From an uncultured Planctomycetota bacterium (GTDB taxonomy: Bacteria > Planctomycetota > Planctomycetia > Isosphaerales > Isosphaeraceae): DNA of 64,000 nucleotides. Shown here piece after piece: positions 59,092 through 64,000 of the stretch. Each line of letters starts with the position of its first letter. The first letter of the stretch is position 1. The position numbers and the translations under genes are program-made. The notes under the pieces are model-generated. The model was not told the DNA's origin. It saw only the letters and a list, made by a program, of their open reading frames with translations, and made no database searches. The DNA lies in the NCBI GenBank assembly GCA_963823665.1, contig CAWGMQ010000004.1, positions 608,001-672,000 of the forward strand. Reading direction: 5' to 3'.

Positions 59092-60357
59092 ATGGACTGC
59101 CAGATCCGCCGCGCCGACCATATCGCCGAGCTGGTGCTCGTCGGCAGCCTCGATTCGTCGTGGTCGTCCTATTTCTCGGACCGGATCGACGAGGTGATTC
59201 GCGGCGGCGCGCTCGAAGTCCGGCTCGATATGACGGGCGTTTCCTACCTCAGCTCGAACGGCATCGGCATCCTGGTGAAATTTCACCGCCAGTTGGCAAA
59301 GATCGGCGGCCGGTTCCGCATCGTCGAAGATTCGGATGCCGTGAGCCACGTGCTCAAGCTCACCGGAGTCTGGCAGCTCCTCCACGACGACGCACCGGCG
59401 CCCGGCCTCAAATCGGCACCTGCGGCAAAATGCGAGGCGATCGACCGCGAAGGCATGGTCCTGCAAGTCTTCCCGAAAGCCGCCGGCAGCCAGGCCGAGC
59501 GCCTCGACTTGATGGGCGATCCAACGCGGTTCGGCGCGGGAGGCTTTGACGCGACCCATGAGATCACCTGGAGCGCGGTAGCCGACGCCGTCGCCCTGGG
59601 CCTGGGCGCACTCGGGCCCAGCTTCGATGAGTGCCGCGGCCGATTCGGAGAATTCCTGGCAGTCGCCGGCATCGCGGCCTACCGCCCCACCGCTGGAACA
59701 GGACGGCCTGACTTCGAGCAATCGGCCGGGTCCTTCGTGCCCAAGGTGCGCATGCTCTACGGGCTGGCATTCCCGGCCCGACGAGCGGCTGTCGTTCGCT
59801 TCGAAGCCCACGGCGAGACCAGCGGCTCTTCCGTTCCCTTGAGCCAGATCGCGCTGGCCTGTCTCGACCTGGCCGGGACCGATACGGTCGGCCTGGTCAT
59901 CGCAGGCGAGGCCGAAGGGCTCGTCGGCGCAGCGCTGCGGCGGTCTCCCGCCAGTATTCCCGAGGGCGTTGACCCGTTCGCGCACCCCGCTGTGCGCGAC
60001 TGGCTCTCGCTCACGCCCGAGCCCGAGCACAGCCGGTGCACCGCCCTGGTCGCCGGCGTGGCCACCCGCGAAAAATACCCGGCCCTCTCACCATTCGTCC
60101 GGCCCGTCTCGAACGTGTGCTCGCCGGAGTTGCAAGGTCACTTTCACGCGGCGGTCGTCCCTTACCGCCCGCTCGCCGGCGGCCCGATCGAGCTCGGCGC
60201 GACTGTCTCGCACCTCTTCGAGCCCGGCCGCATCGACTCGATCCTCCACCTGATCGGCGACTCTCGCGCGATCGTCGGAGCGGGCGAGAGCACGTTCACC
60301 CGCGGCGTGATCTGGTACGTTCCGCTCGCTGTCGAAGGGAGGACGACTCCATCATGA
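59092..60357 (+). CDS. STAS (anti-sigma antagonist) domain protein with unknown C-terminal domain
   Basis: LVGSLDS, LDMTGVSYLSSNGIGIL, VSHVLKLTG. Confidence 0.85.
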   Translation: MDCQIRRADHIAELVLVGSLDSSWSSYFSDRIDEVIRGGALEVRLDMTGVSYLSSNGIGILVKFHRQLAKIGGRFRIVEDSDAVSHVLKLTGVWQLLHDDAPAPGLKSAPAAKCEAIDREGMVLQVFPKAAGSQAERLDLMGDPTRFGAGGFDATHEITWSAVADAVALGLGALGPSFDECRGRFGEFLAVAGIAAYRPTAGTGRPDFEQSAGSFVPKVRMLYGLAFPARRAAVVRFEAHGETSGSSVPLSQIALACLDLAGTDTVGLVIAGEAEGLVGAALRRSPASIPEGVDPFAHPAVRDWLSLTPEPEHSRCTALVAGVATREKYPALSPFVRPVSNVCSPELQGHFHAAVVPYRPLAGGPIELGATVSHLFEPGRIDSILHLIGDSRAIVGAGESTFTRGVIWYVPLAVEGRTTPS

Positions 60358-61304
60358 CGCTGCTCGTCGGGTCCTGGACGGTCGGGCTCATTCTGGCGAT
60401 ACTCGCGCTCGGCGTGTTCATCAGCTTCCGGATCTTCGCCTTCCCCGATATCACAGCCGACGGCAGCTTGACCTTGGGTGCCGCGGTCGCCGCCGCGCTC
60501 ATCGTTCGGGGCTATTCTCCCTGGGTGGCCACCGTCGCCTCGATGGTCGCCGGTGCGCTCGCGGGCGGCACCACCGGCGTCCTGCACACCCGGTTCAAGA
60601 TCAACGGGCTGCTAGCCGGCATCCTCGTCGCCACCGCACTTTACTCGGTGAATCTCCACGTCATGCGGCGGAGCAACATCCCGCTTCTGGACGCCCGGAC
60701 GGTCGGCACCGACCTCGCCCAGGCCGTCTCGAAAGTGACGGGCCCGGTCGAGTCCGTCTCGCTCCTCGGCCGGGAAATCCGGTTTGGCGATGTGGTCAAC
60801 CTGGTCGCCGTCGCCCTTCTCGTCGCGGCACTTGGCGGCATGCTCCGCGCGTTCTTCGCGACAAGCCTGGGAACCGCGATGCGAGCTACCGGAGATAACC
60901 AGCGGATGATCCGATCGTTGGGCGTGAACGTCGGCCGGATGATCACGCTCGGGCTGATGATGTCGAATGCACTGGTCGCGCTGTCGGGGGCGATCCTGGC
61001 CCAGTATCAGGGCTTCGCCGACATCCAGATGGGTATCGGCATGATCGTCTGGGGCCTGGCGAGCGTCATCCTCGGCCAGGCCCTGGTCGGTTCCGGCGGC
61101 CTGGGCTTGTCGATCTCGGGCGCGGTGCTGGGCTCGCTTCTGTTCCGGCTGATGGTGGCCCTGGCCCTGCGCTGGGGGCTCGACCCGAACGATCTAAAGC
61201 TGGTCACCGCCGCCTTCGTGTTCGCCGCGCTCGTGCTGCCCAAGCTCTTCGCCGGCCGCACCAGGCGCAATACCACGGCAGCAGTCTCGGCGGGAGGCGC
61301 CTGA
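60354..61304 (+). CDS. ABC transporter permease (COG4120-like)
   Basis: ALGVFISFRIF.FPDITADGS, LLAGIL, G.AMRATGDN, QYQGFADI.MG.G. Confidence 0.92.
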   Translation: MTLLVGSWTVGLILAILALGVFISFRIFAFPDITADGSLTLGAAVAAALIVRGYSPWVATVASMVAGALAGGTTGVLHTRFKINGLLAGILVATALYSVNLHVMRRSNIPLLDARTVGTDLAQAVSKVTGPVESVSLLGREIRFGDVVNLVAVALLVAALGGMLRAFFATSLGTAMRATGDNQRMIRSLGVNVGRMITLGLMMSNALVALSGAILAQYQGFADIQMGIGMIVWGLASVILGQALVGSGGLGLSISGAVLGSLLFRLMVALALRWGLDPNDLKLVTAAFVFAALVLPKLFAGRTRRNTTAAVSAGGA

Positions 61305-61306
61305 CC

Positions 61307-62125
61307 ATGGCACTACTCGAGCTGAAAGGCGTATGGAAGACATTCAACCCCGGCACGCCCGATGAGGTCCGCGCGCTCCGGGGCGTGGACCTGACACTCG
61401 AGCCGGGAAGCTTCGTGGTGGTGATTGGAACAAACGGCTCGGGCAAGAGCACGACGTTGAACGCCGTGGCGGGTTCCTTCCCGGTTGACTCGGGCACGAT
61501 CAGCCTCGCCGGCACGGACATCACCCGCTGGCCGGAGCACCGCCGGGCCAGGTTGATCGGCCGGGTGTTTCAAGACCCGCTCGCCGGCACGTCCCCCTCG
61601 CTCTCGATCGCCGAGAATCTCGCACTCGCCGCGCGGCGGGGCGGGCCGCGAGGCCTCGGCAAAGCGGTATCCCGGCGCGCCGTCGCCGAGTTTCGCGACC
61701 GGGTGAGGCCGCTGGGAATGGGCCTGGAAAACCGGCTTGATAACCCGATCGGCAGCCTCTCCGGCGGCCAGCGCCAGGCGCTGACCTTGCTGATGGCGAC
61801 CTACCGTCGCCCCGACCTGCTGCTACTCGACGAGCACACTGCCGCGCTTGACCCCCGAAGCGCCGAGCAGGTGATCAAGCTGACCGACCAGGTCGTCCGC
61901 CGCGAGAAGCTCACAACGCTCATGGTCACGCACTCGATGGCCCACGCCACGTCGCTGGGCGACCGGCTGCTCATGGCCCACCAGGGCCGCATGATCTTTG
62001 ACGTCTCAGGTGCCGCCAAGCACCGCCTTCGCCCCCACGACCTCCTCGAAAAATTTGAAGAGCTCCGCCGCTCCGACCAGCTCGACGAAACGGCGGCAAG
62101 ATTACTTCGCGAGGTTTATGTGTGA
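61307..62125 (+). CDS. ABC transporter ATP-binding protein (COG1101-like)
   Basis: KTFNPGT, GTNGSGKST, VFQDP, LSGGQRQ, LLDEHTAALDP. Confidence 0.95.
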   Translation: MALLELKGVWKTFNPGTPDEVRALRGVDLTLEPGSFVVVIGTNGSGKSTTLNAVAGSFPVDSGTISLAGTDITRWPEHRRARLIGRVFQDPLAGTSPSLSIAENLALAARRGGPRGLGKAVSRRAVAEFRDRVRPLGMGLENRLDNPIGSLSGGQRQALTLLMATYRRPDLLLLDEHTAALDPRSAEQVIKLTDQVVRREKLTTLMVTHSMAHATSLGDRLLMAHQGRMIFDVSGAAKHRLRPHDLLEKFEELRRSDQLDETAARLLREVYV

Positions 62126-62137
62126 CCTCTCGATCTC

Positions 62138-62530
62138 TCAGCTCGCAACCCCAGATTCCAGGTGGTAGATCATGGTCCAGAGGCGATCGACCTCGCCGCG
62201 CTCAATGACTTCCAGTGGCTTCAGGCCCCCGAACGCTTCATTGGGCGAGTCGAGCCATCCGGGAATGGCGTCTTGGCTAACCACCTCGCAAAGCCGCTCC
62301 CTCAGGCGGTCGAGTTCCTTGACCCGGCGAATTCCCGGCTCGCTCACGGGTTTTCCACTCTCCCAGTCGGCGATCGCTCGCTCGGAAAAGCCCGCAAGCC
62401 GCGAAAACAGCTTCCGGCTGACGCCAAGTCGAGCGCGAACTGCATGCACCGTGGGAGGCAAAGTCGACTTGAACACCCTCGAGCGAACCGACACCTTCGT
62501 GGCGGCGATTTTCTTTTTGCTCGTTGCCAT
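62138..62530 (-). CDS. Xre-MbcA/ParS-type antitoxin
   Basis: HTH (LGVSRKLFSRLAGFSERAIADWESG) plus WLDSPNEAFGGLKPLEVI. Confidence 0.88.
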   Translation of the reverse strand: MATSKKKIAATKVSVRSRVFKSTLPPTVHAVRARLGVSRKLFSRLAGFSERAIADWESGKPVSEPGIRRVKELDRLRERLCEVVSQDAIPGWLDSPNEAFGGLKPLEVIERGEVDRLWTMIYHLESGVAS

Positions 62531-62604
62531 CGGAAATCCTCCTCGCACCATTGTGACAGAGCACCTCTTCAGCGTCAAGAAGGCCTGCATGCAGATTTGC
62601 ATAA

Positions 62605-62695
62605 TCAAGACCGGTGCTGCCTGGGCAACTGGTCGACGTTGATGATCGAAAGGTAGCTAGTTGGAAGGAGATTCTCCGGGAACATAAGAAAACTT
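62605..62695 (-). pseudogene. Possible C-terminal scrap of a RES toxin
   Basis: FLMFPENLLPTSYLSIINVDQLP resembles RES-protein C-termini. Confidence 0.4.
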
Positions 62696-62698
62696 TCC

Positions 62699-64000
62699 TC
62701 AGCGGGATTTGGCGCCCGGCTTCCCGGCGACAAATCCCCGTAACGGCACCAGCTTCGCCTCCGCCTCGCGTGCCAGGTATCCCGTATCCGCGGCCACGTC
62801 CGTATGTCGGTCCACTTGCCCCGACGGCCAGCGAATCTCGATCGATTCCACCCGCTCACTCTTCCCCAGCCCGAAATGAAGCCGAGGATCATTGGCCGAT
62901 TGGTAACTGCCGCCGCCCTGGCGCTGCAACACCTGCTTGCGGCCGCCGGCCGTGAGCGTCACCCGCGCACCCACGGCGTCGCGGTTCGATTTCGTTCCTT
63001 CAAGTCGCAACGTCAAGTAATGGCCAACAACACTTGTCTGATTGTGGAAATAAGCGACGGGATCGTTCTGGGCCAGAATGAGCGCGTCGATCCGGCCGTC
63101 GTTGTCCAGGTCGCCGGCGGCCAGGCCACGGCCGACCCGCAAAACATCCCACGGTGCCCCGGCGCGTGCCGAAACGTCGACCAGTCGTCCATCGGGGCGG
63201 TTCTCATACAGACGGCTGGGCATCGCATACAGATAGAACCGCGGGTTGTCGTTCACATGGCCGTTCGTGATCATCACGTCGAGCAGCCCGTCGTTCGTGA
63301 CGTCAGCCATCGCGATGCCAAACCCGAGGAGATAGCGGCTCGCCAGCCCGATTCCCGAAGCGGAGCTGCGGTCGGCGAAGAGACCCTCGCCCAGGTTCTG
63401 GTAGAGCGTCGTTCCCTCGCCGTAGAAATTCGTCACCATCAGGTCGGGCCGGCCGTCGCCGTCAAGATCGCCACAAGCCACGCCCATGCCCGCCTGGTAG
63501 CCCCCCTCCGCGCTGCCGGCCACACCAGCCTGCAGCGCAACCTCCTCGAATCGAAAGCCCCCCAGATTACGGAAGAAGTAATTGGCCGTGCCGTCGTTCG
63601 CGATGTACAGGTCGACGCGGTCGTCGCCGTCCAGATCGGACGCCACGACACCCAGGCCACGGCCGATGTCCTCTTTGCAGCCGGCGATTTCGGTGACGTC
63701 GACGAACCGGCCGCCGTCGTTGCGGAAGAGGTGGTCCGGCGCCGCCGGAACCTTGCTGGGATCGCAGTAGTAATAGCCCCCTTGCTCGTTCGTGCAGAGG
63801 CGCGGGTGTTCGGGGTCCCACTTCATGTAGTGGCAGACGTAAAGATCGAGGTCGCCGTCATTGTCCAGATCGCCAAACGCCGCCGACGTCGGGTTGTCAC
63901 GCACACCTGCAAGCCCGGCACGCTCGGTCACGTCTTCGAAGGTGCCATCACCGCGGTTCCGGTAAAGCGCATAGGTCGTGAGCCGGGAGACGAAGAGATC
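62699..64000 (-). CDS. CRTAC1-like FG-GAP + ASPIC/UnbV protein (partial, 5' end beyond the window)
   Basis: Repeated GDLDNDG.DL, F.DVT..AG; NRDAVGARV, GGGSYQS, LHFGLG, IRWPSG. Confidence 0.95.
   Translation of the reverse strand, partial: DLFVSRLTTYALYRNRGDGTFEDVTERAGLAGVRDNPTSAAFGDLDNDGDLDLYVCHYMKWDPEHPRLCTNEQGGYYYCDPSKVPAAPDHLFRNDGGRFVDVTEIAGCKEDIGRGLGVVASDLDGDDRVDLYIANDGTANYFFRNLGGFRFEEVALQAGVAGSAEGGYQAGMGVACGDLDGDGRPDLMVTNFYGEGTTLYQNLGEGLFADRSSASGIGLASRYLLGFGIAMADVTNDGLLDVMITNGHVNDNPRFYLYAMPSRLYENRPDGRLVDVSARAGAPWDVLRVGRGLAAGDLDNDGRIDALILAQNDPVAYFHNQTSVVGHYLTLRLEGTKSNRDAVGARVTLTAGGRKQVLQRQGGGSYQSANDPRLHFGLGKSERVESIEIRWPSGQVDRHTDVAADTGYLAREAEAKLVPLRGFVAGKPGAKSR

Overview
High-GC (roughly 65%) window, very likely from a planctomycete of Isosphaeraceae type. 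Supporting signs are a LESRKLLS N-terminal motif, a planctomycete cytochrome c, DUF1800/DUF1501, DUF4058, ECF sigma/kinase pairs and ASPIC/UnbV. The left 16 kb holds an ECF sigma/membrane-protein pair converging on a cluster of four exported caspase(C14)-FGE/CLec fusion paralogues, a Ser/Thr kinase, a di-haem protein and a secreted partner. The paralogues' C-termini look like diversity-generating retroelement (DGR) variable regions, but no RT or template repeat is visible here. Next come a sulfatase, an HD-HSP90-type ATPase, a GH10 xylanase, a ceramidase-like chimera, a redoxin, a BCS1-like AAA ATPase and an ECF-kinase/WD40-DUF1800-DUF1501 operon. The 42-56 kb stretch is rich in mobile debris: a RAYT and its deletion derivatives, vapBC, a tRNA-Val half-site, an LRR-AcrB fusion and an 'STGP' protein with DNA-level repeats. 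An ABC transporter operon with a STAS protein, an orphan Xre-MbcA antitoxin and a partial ASPIC/UnbV gene close the window. An unannotated convergent two-gene module (small winged-helix-like protein plus HExxE protein) occurs twice. About eleven small indels break otherwise intact genes and are probably long-read errors. All calls come from motif recognition by eye; no searches were run.
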